Assembly (NCBI RefSeq): GCF_003231495.1
Contig: NZ_PQWO01000020.1
Coordinates: 30,001-62,000 of the forward strand
DNA from: Acaryochloris thomasi RCC1774
GTDB taxonomy: Bacteria; Cyanobacteriota; Cyanobacteriia; Thermosynechococcales; Thermosynechococcaceae
Length of the DNA stretch: 32,000 nucleotides
Direction of reading: 5' to 3'
Shown here: positions 17,434 to 27,633 of the stretch, piece by piece
How the letters are laid out: every line of letters begins with the position of its first letter
Position numbering within the stretch: the first letter of the stretch is position 1
The notes under the pieces: model-generated
The model's database searches: none
What the model saw: the letters and a program-made list of their open reading frames with translations, nothing else
Told to the model about the DNA's origin: nothing
Position numbers and translations under genes: made by a program

Positions 17434-18513
17434 GTGGTTGCAGCAACGGGACGCATTGCCATCCTGCTGGAGAATCAGTTTGAAGATAGCGAGTTCCAGG
17501 TTCCCTACACGGCTCTGCTGCAGGCTAGCGCTGACGTGAAAGTCATTGGGACTCGCATGAATGATGAATATGAAGGCAAGCAGGGCCAAGTTAAGCATAA
17601 GCCCCACGCAACAGCCACAGAGGTGCGGGCTGAGGACTTTGATGCCGTGATTATTCCGGGTGGAGGCGCGCCGGATCAGATCCGCACCAATCCCCATGCC
17701 GTCCGCTTAGTCACGGACATGATGGAACAGGGGAAGTTAGTGGCCGCAGTTTGCCACGGCCCTCAAGTCCTGATTGAAGCGGATCAGCTGCGAGAGAAAA
17801 GGGCCACCGGATTTCAGGCCATTCGTAAAGATATAGAAAACGCCGGAGCAACCTATGTGGATCAGGCCGTGGTCGTGGACGGCAATTTGATTACATCTCG
17901 TCGCCCAGCGGATATGCCTCTGTTCACCGCCGCTATTCTGCGCCGCTTAGAGTTAACGATTCCCGGCAAGATTTTACCGGACCCAGAAGCCTACCATACC
18001 TACGAGTGGTGGCCTTGGGGCGAACTGTGGAACGGCGCTAGCCGCCAAGATATAATCAGCGTGCTCAACAAAGTGATCGTGGGTGAGCGCTACACCCTGG
18101 CCTCTTTCAAGCAGTATGACGAACAGGCAACAGATGCTGATCTAAGCCTAGTCCTGCGAGAAATCACAGCCACGAAGGAGCGCCACGTCGAGTTATTGGA
18201 ACAGCGTCTCAGAGATTTTGAAGAACGCGTGACTTGGCAGGCGGCAGGTACAGAAGCCTATGCCAAACTTCTCAACTGGATTCAGTCCAGCGAAGATGTG
18301 CTGCTCATGCGAAGAGCACTTGGCGATCTGCAGACCGGCAGGGTGGACGTTCTGAACCTCAGCACCCAGGTGACGGATCCTTGGACGGCGGATCTATTGG
18401 AGCAGATCGGTGGAAACTTGGCGCGCCATGAAGATCAGCTCGCAGAGCTCTATCGGGGACGTCAGGGTAACTGCGTAGAGCCGCCGATGCCCACCACGGT
18501 GACCTTCGATTGA
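17434..18513 (+). CDS. DJ-1/PfpI-family protein fused to a C-terminal helical (ferritin-like/four-helix-bundle-like) domain
   Basis: PfpI domain: RIAILLENQFEDSEF...FDAVIIPGGGAPD...LVAAVCHGPQVL (Cys-His nucleophile elbow). About 170 further residues are predicted helical. I prefer the GTG at 17434 because AAGGGAG lies 8 nt upstream; the TTG at 17410 is the alternative. Confidence 0.85.
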   Translation: MVAATGRIAILLENQFEDSEFQVPYTALLQASADVKVIGTRMNDEYEGKQGQVKHKPHATATEVRAEDFDAVIIPGGGAPDQIRTNPHAVRLVTDMMEQGKLVAAVCHGPQVLIEADQLREKRATGFQAIRKDIENAGATYVDQAVVVDGNLITSRRPADMPLFTAAILRRLELTIPGKILPDPEAYHTYEWWPWGELWNGASRQDIISVLNKVIVGERYTLASFKQYDEQATDADLSLVLREITATKERHVELLEQRLRDFEERVTWQAAGTEAYAKLLNWIQSSEDVLLMRRALGDLQTGRVDVLNLSTQVTDPWTADLLEQIGGNLARHEDQLAELYRGRQGNCVEPPMPTTVTFD

Positions 18514-18589
18514 GCCAATAGTGCAGCTATGATTCTTGGCTGCAGAATATCCACCCGTTATTTCATTGTTTTTATTTTTGAGGATTCCG

Positions 18590-19459
18590 ATGTCAGACCA
18601 AGAGCGACGCCCCACGCCTGATCAGATTCCAGGACAGCAGCTGGAATATCCGGCAAGTCAAGCGGATATGGCGCTTCAGCCCGATAGCGATCTGTCCAAT
18701 TACAAGCCTGCAGACAAGCTAAAAGGCAAAGTAGCGCTGATTACCGGGGGCGATTCTGGGATTGGCAGAGCTGTTGCGATCGCATATGCCCTAGAGGGAG
18801 CCAACGTCGCCATCATTTACCACGAGAATGAGCAGGATGCGGATGTTACCTGTAGTGAAGTTGAGAAGCGCGGTCAGCAGTGCCTCAAAATTCAGGCAGA
18901 CGTGCGCGACTTCGATGCCTGTAAAAAAGCGGTCGAGCAAACGGTGCAGAACTATGGGCAGCTCAATATTTTAGTCAACAACGCCGCCTACCAGATGGTG
19001 CAGGAAAAGTTTGAAGACGTCACTCTCGAACAGTTTCGGCGCACGATTGAAACAAATGTCTTTGGCTATTTCCATATGGTGAAGGCTGCGATTAAACATT
19101 TGGAAGCTGACGATGTGATTATCAACACCGGCAGCATCGTCGGTAAAACCGGTAAGCCCTTCTTGGTGGACTATGCCGCTAGCAAAGGTGCCGTCCACAG
19201 CTTTACCAAAGCGCTGGCGCTGAATCTTGCAGATCGTAAAATTAGAGTCAATTCCGTCGTTCCCGGCCCAGTGTGGACCCCCAACATTCCCGCCACAATG
19301 CCCAAGAAGATGGTTGAAGAATTTGACACTGACCCCGCCCTTGGGCGAACGGCCCAACCGGAAGAATTGGCACCCGCCTATGTCTTTCTAGCCGCCCAAG
19401 ACAGTAGCTTCATTACCGGCGCACTCCTTGACGTGACAGGGGGACAGCTTTCTAGCTAG
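18590..19459 (+). CDS. Short-chain dehydrogenase/reductase (YdaD/YghA-like)
   Basis: ALITGGDSGIGRA (TGxxxGIG), NNAA and YAASKGA (YxxxK). The ATG at 18590 (MSDQERR...) is preferred over the 18-codon hydrophobic extension in the track. Confidence 0.9.
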   Translation: MSDQERRPTPDQIPGQQLEYPASQADMALQPDSDLSNYKPADKLKGKVALITGGDSGIGRAVAIAYALEGANVAIIYHENEQDADVTCSEVEKRGQQCLKIQADVRDFDACKKAVEQTVQNYGQLNILVNNAAYQMVQEKFEDVTLEQFRRTIETNVFGYFHMVKAAIKHLEADDVIINTGSIVGKTGKPFLVDYAASKGAVHSFTKALALNLADRKIRVNSVVPGPVWTPNIPATMPKKMVEEFDTDPALGRTAQPEELAPAYVFLAAQDSSFITGALLDVTGGQLSS

Positions 19460-19580
19460 ATCTGTATAGTTAAGGCGAATGCACGAAGAAGCATAGCAAC
19501 CTGTACATACAGCCTTTTCGTGCCAGTCGTCAACGCATCGTTGTTGTTTTCTCGGTCGCTTCGCTGATACGTCAAATCCT

Positions 19581-22500
19581 ATGAACAATTCGAAGCATTT
19601 CTTTGTCGTTGGCATCGGGGCCTCTGCCGGAGGGGTGCAGGCTCTAGAGGAATTCTTCGGCCATTTGCCTGATAACCCCAACGCTGCCTTTGTGGTGGTG
19701 CAGCACCTATCTCCGAATCATAAGAGCATGATGACAGAGATTGTGCAGCGACAGACCCCCATGTCGGTGCAGGAAGTCGAAGACGGCATAGATATTGAGC
19801 CGGGTCATGTTTACATGCTACCGGCGCGAAAGCGGTTGACGGTCGAAGAGCATCAGCTGCGTCTGCAGGAACAGCCAGATTCCATCAGCTATCCCATCAA
19901 TGAATTCTTGCAGTCCCTAGCTCAAAACTGGGGTGAACGGACCATTGCTATCTTGCTGTCAGGAACAGGGCGAGACGGAACGGAAGGGATTCAGGCCATC
20001 AGTCGAGTCGGCGGTATTGCCCTCGTGCAGTCGCCAGAGACCGCCCAGTTCACCAGCATGCCCACAAGCGCGATCCCTTCAGGGCTGGTGGACGAAATCC
20101 TATCGCCTCAGGATTTAGCCCAAACAGTATTTGAGATTGTTCGCTTCTCGGAGAACTTTCCCACCGCTGCTCCTGAAGAGGCGAGCCTCATTGATCCAGA
20201 GCAGCTTCAGCAGATTTTAGATATCTTAGCTGAACGCGAAGAAATCGATTTCTCTCACTACAAAATCAGTACCCTCAGTCGCCGCATTCATCACCGCTGT
20301 GCGCTGACTCGATGCAGCAATTTAGAAAGCTACACCCGGCTTCTCGACACCGCTGAAGACGAGCAAAAACTGCTGCGACAGGATCTGCTGATTGGAGCCA
20401 CCCGATTCTTCCGAGATGCTGAAGCTTGGTCACTGTTGGAAACAGAGATTTTACCTGAGCTAATCAGTAACCTGCAGCCGAACCAGCAGCTCCGGCTCTG
20501 GGTTTCTGCCTGTGCCACGGGAGAAGAAGCCTATTCGATGGCGATTCTAGTTGATGAAGCCATTGAGAAAGCCAACAAGCCGGTCCAGGTCAAAATATTT
20601 GCAACCGATCTAGACACTAATGCTTTAGAGATTGCGGCCCGAGGTGCCTATCCAGAGAACATTGCCAATGACATCTCAAGCAAAAGGCTAGAGCGATATT
20701 TCACTAAAGAAGGTGACCATTATCAGGTACGTCGCTCTCTCCGGGAGATGTTGATCATTGCGCCCCACGACCTGACGAAGAATGCGGGCTTTTCTAAGAT
20801 GAATTTGGTGAGCTGCCGCAATGTCTTGATTTATATGCAGCCGCAGCTTCAGCAGCAGGTGCTGCACCTCTTACATTTTGCCCTTGCCCCCCAAGGCGTT
20901 TTGTTTCTGGGCAGCTCTGAAAATCTAGGTGATTTAGGGGAAGAGTTCGCGGTTTTGCAGTCCAAGTGGAAACTGTTTCGGAAGCGCCGAGATATGCAGC
21001 TCTCGTTGATGCCGGTAACGCGGCAGGCCCGGATTTCTCCCCTTCAGACCCCCAGGCGAGTAAAGGCCAGACAACAGCACCTCGACCGCATCCTTGAAGA
21101 TACATTTGAATGCTGCTTTGTCGAGCGTCAGCTCACCTGCATACTGGTGAACCGAAACAATCAGCTCCTGCGGGTGTTCTACAATGCAGCACAACTGCTA
21201 GAGCTGCCCGTGGGGGAAATGCTCTTAGACGTCACGGAGCTAATGCCCCCGGCCCTAAAGCTGCCCCTAAGTACCGCTTTACATCGGGCGAGAAGCGATC
21301 GCGAACCTGTTCTATATACAGGGATCAAACTTGAGCGCGACGGCCAAGAACAAAACGTCAGCCTCCGGGTCAGGCTCAGTCAAAGTAATACTGCCGCTGA
21401 TGATTACTTAATTGTGGTGTTGGAGGTAGAAACGCTGGCTGCCCCTACTCCGACAGCCCTACGATTTGATGTTGGTGCTGAAGCCGCACAGCAAATTACC
21501 GAACTAGAGTACGAGCTACAGCAGACCCGCGAAAACCTGCAGGTCACCATCGAAGAATTAGAAACCACCAACGAAGAGCAGCAGGCAACCAATGAAGAGC
21601 TGTTGGCTTCCAACGAAGAGCTGCAAAGTACCAACGAAGAGCTGCAGTCCGTCAACGAAGAACTCTACACCGTCAATGCTGAATATCAGTCCAAAATTCA
21701 AGAGCTGACTCAGCTCAATGGCGATATTAACAACCTGCTGCGCAGCACCAACATTGGGGTCGTGTTCCTCGATACCCACCTCAACATTCGTAAGTTTACT
21801 CCTGCTGCAACTGCCGCTATCAACATCAAACCGTCGGACGTGGGGCGGCCCCTCGCAGATATTACGAACAACCTTGACTGTGCAAATCTAAGTGACCTAC
21901 TGCAGCCGGTCATTCGGGACGGGCATGATTTTGAGCAGGAGCTGACGCTGATCACCTCTGGCGATCACCTATTGATGCGGGTGAACCCCTATCTCCAGGA
22001 CGACGGCAGTTGGGATGGCGTCGTCCTGACCTTTGTCAGAATCAGTGAGCTTAAAGAGTTTCAGGAGCGGCTTCGACAGACAAACGCTATTCTCGAAAAG
22101 CTATACGAGAACTGTCCGGCGGGCTTGGGCCTCCTGGATCATGAATTCAGATATCTGCGCGTGAATCAAGCTCTAGCAGACATCAACGGCTTCACCGTTG
22201 CTGAGCATCTGGGCAAAACCATGCCGGAACTTATTCCTAGTTTTGCCCAGCGAACAAGCGACATCTTGCAGCAGGTTCTAGAGACAGGAGAAGCAATCTG
22301 TGATGTTGAAATTAGAGGTAGAACCCCGGCGGACCCCCATACAGAACGCTGCTGGTGCGTCAACTTCTATCCCGTTGATTTAATCGACGGCAATCGAGCC
22401 ATTGGAGCCGTCGTTTCTGAGATGACGGAACGGATTCAGGCCGAAGATTCATTGCGCCGCAGTGAGGCAAAATTGATGGCGACCCAGCGACTGACTCAGG

Positions 22501-24098
22501 TCGGGAGTTGGGAGGTTGAAGTTACTGAGCATTTCGATCTCGACGCAGCACGCGCAGAATGGTCAGAAGAGTTATTTAGCATCTGCGGTTTCGACCCACA
22601 AAAGACAGTTCCCTGCTTCGATGAAATTTACGCCTGCTGTTCGACAGACGATCAGGCTCGTCTCAAAAATGCTCTAAAGCGGCTGCTTGAGCACGGAACA
22701 GACTGTAGCCTCGATCTGTCATTCCAGCGTCCCGACGGTGAACAACGCTTTTTGAGTATGGTGGGTAGGGCTAATCGGGATCAACAGGGGCAGGTTGCAC
22801 ATCTCTACGGCGCCGTGATGGATATTACCGGGCCTAAGCGGTTCGAGCTAGAGCTGATTCGCAAAAATCAGGCTTTGGAAGATGCTGTTGCGATCGCACA
22901 AGCCGCTGACTCCGCCAATCAGGCCAAGAGCCAGTTCTTGGCAAACATGAGCCACGAAATCCGTACGCCGCTCAACTCGGTGATTGGATTCGGCGAACTG
23001 CTGCTGCAGACTCCCCTCAACCCGACTCAACAGCAGCTTTTAGAGACGCTGCGCAGCAACAGCGAAAAGCTACTGATGATTGTTAACGACATCCTTGACT
23101 TGTCGAAACTGGAGGCCAGCGAACTACGGTTAGAGCATCGCGAGTTCGTACTGGCTAAAACGATTCAAACGCTCACCGAGACTTTTACACCCCTCGCGAA
23201 AGCGAAGAACTTAACCTTGACCGTCAATTGTGCTTCAGACTTACCTCGGACCCTGATTGGAGATGACTTTCGTCTGCAGCAGATTCTCAGTAACTTGATT
23301 AGTAATGCCATCAAATTCACGATGACGGGAGAAGTGACGTTAGCTGTCGTTCCAGCCTTAACTGAGTCAGAGGAAGCGCCCTCAAACTCTGACGTTCCTC
23401 AAATAATGCTCCAGTTTAGCGTTCAAGACACAGGCATCGGCATTGGAGAGTCTGTTGAGACCCAGCTCTTTCAGCCCTTCGTTCAGGAAGATTTATCCAC
23501 TGTGCGCCGATTTGGAGGTACCGGCCTAGGTCTCACCATCTGTCGACGGCTGGTTCAACTCATGGGAGGTGAGATCGGCTATGAAAGTACGACCGATCAA
23601 GGTTCTACTTTTTGGGTTAGAGTCAGGTTTGATTTGCCAAGCACACCCTCTCCACAAGACAGCACGACAGATCGCCCCTCTATGCCCAAGCCTATTTCAC
23701 CGCAGCCGGGTCAGTCTGCCAAAATATTGGTTGTCGAAGATAACCTCGATAATCGGGACCTAGTCACAATGATGCTAGAGACATTGGACTACCCGACGCC
23801 AGACTCTGTTGCGAATGGTCAGCAAGCCCTGGAAAAGTTGATGAAAGAAGATTACGACCTAGTGTTCATGGACTGTCAAATGCCGGTAATGGATGGTTAC
23901 CAAGCAACGCAACAAATTCGGCAGCAGGAAGAAGGTGGGTCTCGAAGAACCGTGATTGTGGGCTTGACCGCTAGTGCCATGGCCCGCGATCGCAACCAGT
24001 GTTTAGAGGTTGGTATGGATGACTATCTCAGCAAACCTTTCTTGCTCAACGACTTAGCCGTAGTCTTGGAGCGGTGGTTAACAAAGGCTGATTCTTAA
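19581..24098 (+). CDS. CheB-CheR fusion hybrid histidine kinase (methylesterase, methyltransferase, coiled coil, multiple PAS, HisKA, HATPase, REC)
   Basis: CheB: [10 protein letters not shown]...VVQHLSP. CheR: [21 protein letters not shown]...[10 protein letters not shown]. Heptad coiled coil TNEELQ x6. PAS repeats. HisKA: [10 protein letters not shown] (His codon 22953-22955). HATPase: DTGIGI...GTGLGL. REC: [14 protein letters not shown] (Asp codon 23871-23873). Confidence 0.93.
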   Translation: MNNSKHFFVVGIGASAGGVQALEEFFGHLPDNPNAAFVVVQHLSPNHKSMMTEIVQRQTPMSVQEVEDGIDIEPGHVYMLPARKRLTVEEHQLRLQEQPDSISYPINEFLQSLAQNWGERTIAILLSGTGRDGTEGIQAISRVGGIALVQSPETAQFTSMPTSAIPSGLVDEILSPQDLAQTVFEIVRFSENFPTAAPEEASLIDPEQLQQILDILAEREEIDFSHYKISTLSRRIHHRCALTRCSNLESYTRLLDTAEDEQKLLRQDLLIGATRFFRDAEAWSLLETEILPELISNLQPNQQLRLWVSACATGEEAYSMAILVDEAIEKANKPVQVKIFATDLDTNALEIAARGAYPENIANDISSKRLERYFTKEGDHYQVRRSLREMLIIAPHDLTKNAGFSKMNLVSCRNVLIYMQPQLQQQVLHLLHFALAPQGVLFLGSSENLGDLGEEFAVLQSKWKLFRKRRDMQLSLMPVTRQARISPLQTPRRVKARQQHLDRILEDTFECCFVERQLTCILVNRNNQLLRVFYNAAQLLELPVGEMLLDVTELMPPALKLPLSTALHRARSDREPVLYTGIKLERDGQEQNVSLRVRLSQSNTAADDYLIVVLEVETLAAPTPTALRFDVGAEAAQQITELEYELQQTRENLQVTIEELETTNEEQQATNEELLASNEELQSTNEELQSVNEELYTVNAEYQSKIQELTQLNGDINNLLRSTNIGVVFLDTHLNIRKFTPAATAAINIKPSDVGRPLADITNNLDCANLSDLLQPVIRDGHDFEQELTLITSGDHLLMRVNPYLQDDGSWDGVVLTFVRISELKEFQERLRQTNAILEKLYENCPAGLGLLDHEFRYLRVNQALADINGFTVAEHLGKTMPELIPSFAQRTSDILQQVLETGEAICDVEIRGRTPADPHTERCWCVNFYPVDLIDGNRAIGAVVSEMTERIQAEDSLRRSEAKLMATQRLTQVGSWEVEVTEHFDLDAARAEWSEELFSICGFDPQKTVPCFDEIYACCSTDDQARLKNALKRLLEHGTDCSLDLSFQRPDGEQRFLSMVGRANRDQQGQVAHLYGAVMDITGPKRFELELIRKNQALEDAVAIAQAADSANQAKSQFLANMSHEIRTPLNSVIGFGELLLQTPLNPTQQQLLETLRSNSEKLLMIVNDILDLSKLEASELRLEHREFVLAKTIQTLTETFTPLAKAKNLTLTVNCASDLPRTLIGDDFRLQQILSNLISNAIKFTMTGEVTLAVVPALTESEEAPSNSDVPQIMLQFSVQDTGIGIGESVETQLFQPFVQEDLSTVRRFGGTGLGLTICRRLVQLMGGEIGYESTTDQGSTFWVRVRFDLPSTPSPQDSTTDRPSMPKPISPQPGQSAKILVVEDNLDNRDLVTMMLETLDYPTPDSVANGQQALEKLMKEDYDLVFMDCQMPVMDGYQATQQIRQQEEGGSRRTVIVGLTASAMARDRNQCLEVGMDDYLSKPFLLNDLAVVLERWLTKADS
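21567..21692 (+). repeat. Six tandem 21-nt (heptad) repeats encoding (T/S/V)NEE(L/Q)xx
   Basis: [42 protein letters not shown]. The underlying DNA repeats AACGAAGAGCTGCA with a 21-nt period. Confidence 0.85.
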
Positions 24099-24171
24099 GA
24101 GCCATTAACAGCTCAAAGCTGACGGCTCTGCTTCCCTGTAAAACAATATCCTGGCTTCACTGAGATCTGCC

Positions 24172-25260
24172 ATGCTTCAACCACTACAGCGTGTTCCTCT
24201 TTGGCTGAGGGCGTGGCTGATTTTCCCTCTAGCGTTTCTCAATGGCTGGCTGGCGCTGCTGCTGTTCGGCTATTTTCAGCCGCTCTCTAGCCTGCTGGTG
24301 ACGGCGCTAATCTTGGCATTTTTGCTTAACTTTCCGATCAAGTTTCTGGAGCAGCGCGGTCTCGCCCGAGGATGGGCTACGGCCCTAGTGCTGCTTAGCT
24401 CTCTCCTACTGGTAAGCATTGCGGCTTTGACGCTGGTGCCGCTCATCATTGAGCAACTCAGTGGGCTGGTGAATACGTTCCCTGATCTCGTGGAATCCGG
24501 TAGTGGCCGACTCCAGACTCTGCAGGAGTGGCTCGCAACGCAGCAGATTCCGGTTGATCTGAGTGGCACCATTGATAGCGGTATTGCCAAGCTTTCTGAC
24601 ATTTTGCAGGCTACCAGCAGCGGTCTCCTTGACTTTGCCCTGAGTGCGATTAGCAGCTTAATTAACATCCTGCTGCTGCTGGTGCTGACAGTTTTCATGG
24701 TTGCCAGTGGCGAACGGGCTTGGAACGGTCTCTTTAGCTGGCTACCAACGACTTGGCGACTCTCGCTGCAGACTTCGATCCAGCAAACGTTTCAAACTTA
24801 TTTTGCGGCTCAAGCCTTGCTAGCAGGCATCCTCAGCCTGTCGCAAACGATCGTATTCTGGATTTTGGATGTGCCCTATGCGGTCTTGTTTGGGGTCAGT
24901 ATCGGGGTGACAACGCTGATTCCGTTAGCCAGCGCTGCCACCATTGTTGCGGTCAGCTTTATTCTGGCCCTCAAGAACCTCACGCTGGGCCTGAAGGTGC
25001 TGGTGATTTGCATTATCGTGGGCCAGATTAATGACAACGTGATCGCACCGCGATTAGTGGGCCGGTCTATTGGGCTAAACCCGATTTGGCTGTTAGTGGC
25101 ATTGTTCATCGGCAATAAGTTCGCAGGCGTTTTAGGACTTTTGATCGCAGTACCCATCGCCAGCGTGATCAAAGGGATGGCGGAAGCAATGCGATCGCCA
25201 ACAACCGAAGTCATCGCCGCCAAAGAACCGCATGAGTCATTAGCAGTGGATAACCCATAA
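24172..25260 (+). CDS. AI-2E family transporter (PerM/UPF0118)
   Basis: A polytopic membrane protein with the characteristic C-terminal core ...TLIPLASAATIVAVSF...QINDNVIAPRLVGRSIGLNPIWLLVALFIG...LGLLIAVPIASVIK. Confidence 0.88.
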   Translation: MLQPLQRVPLWLRAWLIFPLAFLNGWLALLLFGYFQPLSSLLVTALILAFLLNFPIKFLEQRGLARGWATALVLLSSLLLVSIAALTLVPLIIEQLSGLVNTFPDLVESGSGRLQTLQEWLATQQIPVDLSGTIDSGIAKLSDILQATSSGLLDFALSAISSLINILLLLVLTVFMVASGERAWNGLFSWLPTTWRLSLQTSIQQTFQTYFAAQALLAGILSLSQTIVFWILDVPYAVLFGVSIGVTTLIPLASAATIVAVSFILALKNLTLGLKVLVICIIVGQINDNVIAPRLVGRSIGLNPIWLLVALFIGNKFAGVLGLLIAVPIASVIKGMAEAMRSPTTEVIAAKEPHESLAVDNP

Positions 25261-25452
25261 AATTTTGCCCAAGGATTCTAGAGAGAGCTTAAGGGAATGA
25301 TCCTGCTCTGCATTTGTTTCCAGTTCTCTAACACGTCCAAAAGATAGAGATAGTGAAGACCGAGTGCAATCAAATTTATTCCCTGCGTTAGAGGGCTGAA
25401 TGGAGTTTAGGTCTCTATGGTGTGAGCAACAATAGTTGTTAGGACAGTTGTA

Positions 25453-26007
25453 ATGTACAGACTTCATGCCTTTTTTAAACGCCTACGCTTGAGCAAAGTT
25501 TTGCTGGTTATTGTGACGACTTCAGTTTTGACGTTAAGCACAGCCTGCAGCCAAGCAGCGCCCCCTGCTGCGCTAAACACCGCCCCTTCTAATGAGGCTG
25601 ATATCCCGCGTCTGGTTGATAGGAGTGCATCCCCCAGCAGAGATGCTTCTATCGAAGCCAAGCAGCGACTCATCGATCAGGCGAAGCAGCAGCGAACTGC
25701 GCCTCCCCGCGACACTTTTGGCACCGCGGCCAAAGCAATAGATGAAACAGCTCAAGACCTATCTGAAAATATCAGCAGCTCTGTGAGAGGTGCTGCTCAA
25801 CAGACGCGGCAAACACTGGAGGAAACCTCTGATGTCATAGAAGATCGCTCAAGCGACGTCCTGCAGGATGCACAGCAGGCTATCAATAGCGTCATTGATG
25901 GTACCAAGCAAACACAGCAGGCCCTAGAGAATTCAGTTGACGCGCTAGAAGACCGCGCCAATGACGCTCTTCAAGACGCACAGCACGCACTGGATGATGC
26001 TGCCTAG
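25453..26007 (+). CDS. Putative lipoprotein, helical Ala/Gln/Asp-rich
   Basis: Signal peptide with lipobox VLTLSTA|C. The mature part is low-complexity and helical, with an internal repeat: IEDRSSDVLQDAQQAINS and LEDRANDALQDAQHALDD. Confidence 0.65.
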   Translation: MYRLHAFFKRLRLSKVLLVIVTTSVLTLSTACSQAAPPAALNTAPSNEADIPRLVDRSASPSRDASIEAKQRLIDQAKQQRTAPPRDTFGTAAKAIDETAQDLSENISSSVRGAAQQTRQTLEETSDVIEDRSSDVLQDAQQAINSVIDGTKQTQQALENSVDALEDRANDALQDAQHALDDAA

Positions 26008-26132
26008 CAACCTAACTGTAGCCGCCGTTTTAGCCGCACAAAGGCTTCCACCTGTGACGTGAGTCCCTTCATGCTCTCAATATTGCCTTTATCTGTAACG
26101 GCTAGAACACTGTCGGGTTGGGATTAAAGCGA

Positions 26133-27431
26133 CTAAAGCTGCCACTGGACAAATCCCACCAGCCGCCCGATGAGTCGATGTCGCCACCAGGAACGATGCT
26201 GCCAGTCTTTGAGACTGACCGATTGACTCACCGCAAATGCCGTCTGAAACACCTGCTCGACTTCCATGATCAGCCGGGGGTCAGAGGTTGATAAATCTAG
26301 CTCTTCGTTGTGGAAGAAGCTGCGGGAGTCGAAGTTGGCGCTGCCCGTATTGACCCATTGGTCATCAACTAGCAGCATCTTGGCGTGGATCATGCTGGGC
26401 TGATACTCATAGATCTCAACGCCGTTCGCCAGCAGCTCACCAAACAGCTCAAAGGCTGCGTAGTAGACATACTTTTTGTCAATTTGCTCGGCACCCGCCG
26501 TCAGTAGCCGCACATCAACGCCCCTCTGTTTGGCTTCAATCAGCAGCTTCTGCGAATCTTGATCCGGCAGTAGATAGGGCGTCGCCAGCCATAGGCGTTT
26601 CTGGGCAGCCACGATGGTGTTTTCTTTCAGAGCCCGAATGGGGGAAAAACGATAGGTCGGGTTGTTCCCAGAGGTGATTAGGAATGAAGAAGGTGTCTGG
26701 ACTGGATCGGTATGAAATGTATCAGGACGCAGATGAGCTTCTCGACCTGCGTAGGTCCAATGCTGCATGAACTGTCCTTCTAAGAAGGTGACTAACTCCC
26801 CTTCTAGACGGGTTTCAACATCCAGCCAGGGGTGAAGCTGGTCGTCTCCGTCCCATTCATCAGAAATACCGGCCCCGCCCACGAGGGCGATCTTGCCATC
26901 GATCAGCAATAGCTTGCGATGGGTCCGGCCTGCAAAGTTTGCGGGTGCCCGCCAGTCAAAGGCGTTGAAGAAGACAACCTGTACGCCCGCAGCCTGGAGT
27001 CTTGTCCAGTACCGCTGCGGTAGGGTGTGGGTTCCGTAGGCATCAACAATCAGCCGAACTTCGACCCCAGCCGCAGCCTGCTGTGCGATCGCAACTCCAA
27101 ATTCAGTTGCGCGCCGCCCCGGCGTCATATAAAACGTTTCAAAATAAATCGTCTGTTCGGCTTGTCCAATCGCCTCCAATCGAACAGCCTGAATCTGATC
27201 ATGCGTTGACCAAAAACCGGTGACAATGCCCTCAGACAAAAAAGAGTTAGAGAGACTTGCCAGCACGGTCGGAAACCGTTTATCTCCGGCAGCCGGTCCA
27301 TGGGTCACCCGGTACCGGACGGGGGTTCGAAAGGCACCTCGAATATAGAGACTGATCAGGATCAGCAGCGTTAGTCCCAGCGTCAATGCCAAAAGGCACT
27401 GCAAAATTAAAATGACAGTTGCAAGGGGCAA
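26133..27431 (-). CDS. Phospholipase D / cardiolipin synthase-like enzyme (two HKD motifs)
   Basis: N-terminal TM segment. HKD1 is THRKLLLIDGKIALVGGAGISDEW and HKD2 is IHAKMLLVDDQWVNTGSANFDSRS. The track start is a TTG and there is no nearby in-frame ATG, so the start is uncertain. Confidence 0.88.
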   Translation of the reverse strand: MPLATVILILQCLLALTLGLTLLILISLYIRGAFRTPVRYRVTHGPAAGDKRFPTVLASLSNSFLSEGIVTGFWSTHDQIQAVRLEAIGQAEQTIYFETFYMTPGRRATEFGVAIAQQAAAGVEVRLIVDAYGTHTLPQRYWTRLQAAGVQVVFFNAFDWRAPANFAGRTHRKLLLIDGKIALVGGAGISDEWDGDDQLHPWLDVETRLEGELVTFLEGQFMQHWTYAGREAHLRPDTFHTDPVQTPSSFLITSGNNPTYRFSPIRALKENTIVAAQKRLWLATPYLLPDQDSQKLLIEAKQRGVDVRLLTAGAEQIDKKYVYYAAFELFGELLANGVEIYEYQPSMIHAKMLLVDDQWVNTGSANFDSRSFFHNEELDLSTSDPRLIMEVEQVFQTAFAVSQSVSLKDWQHRSWWRHRLIGRLVGFVQWQL

Positions 27432-27633
27432 GGATGCGAGTCCTCTATTGCAGCGAAAAAACTCTGGTGCTTGCAGTGTACATCGAAGCCGTCAGAGATA
27501 TTCTGCGGGTTCCTCCCGTCCTCTATTAATTCTGAAGACGGATGCCAGCCGTGACAGAAATTGCATCGGTAGCCCGCGCTAAATCAACCGTGGTATAGAG
27601 GCGTAGAGCCACATATTACGCCTAAATTAATCA

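Noticed and set aside
24109-24121. A small hairpin CAGCTcaaAGCTG after the 1505-aa kinase gene, considered as a terminator. Similar weak stems occur at about 8860-8895 and 12050-12068.
   Set aside because: The stems are only 4-5 bp and lack a following U-tract, which is insufficient for a confident intrinsic terminator call.
27324-27331. A tRNA T-loop-like GGTTCGAA.
   Set aside because: It lies inside the PLD/cardiolipin-synthase coding sequence, with no flanking acceptor or anticodon stems. I found no tRNA-like cloverleaf anywhere in the intergenic regions.
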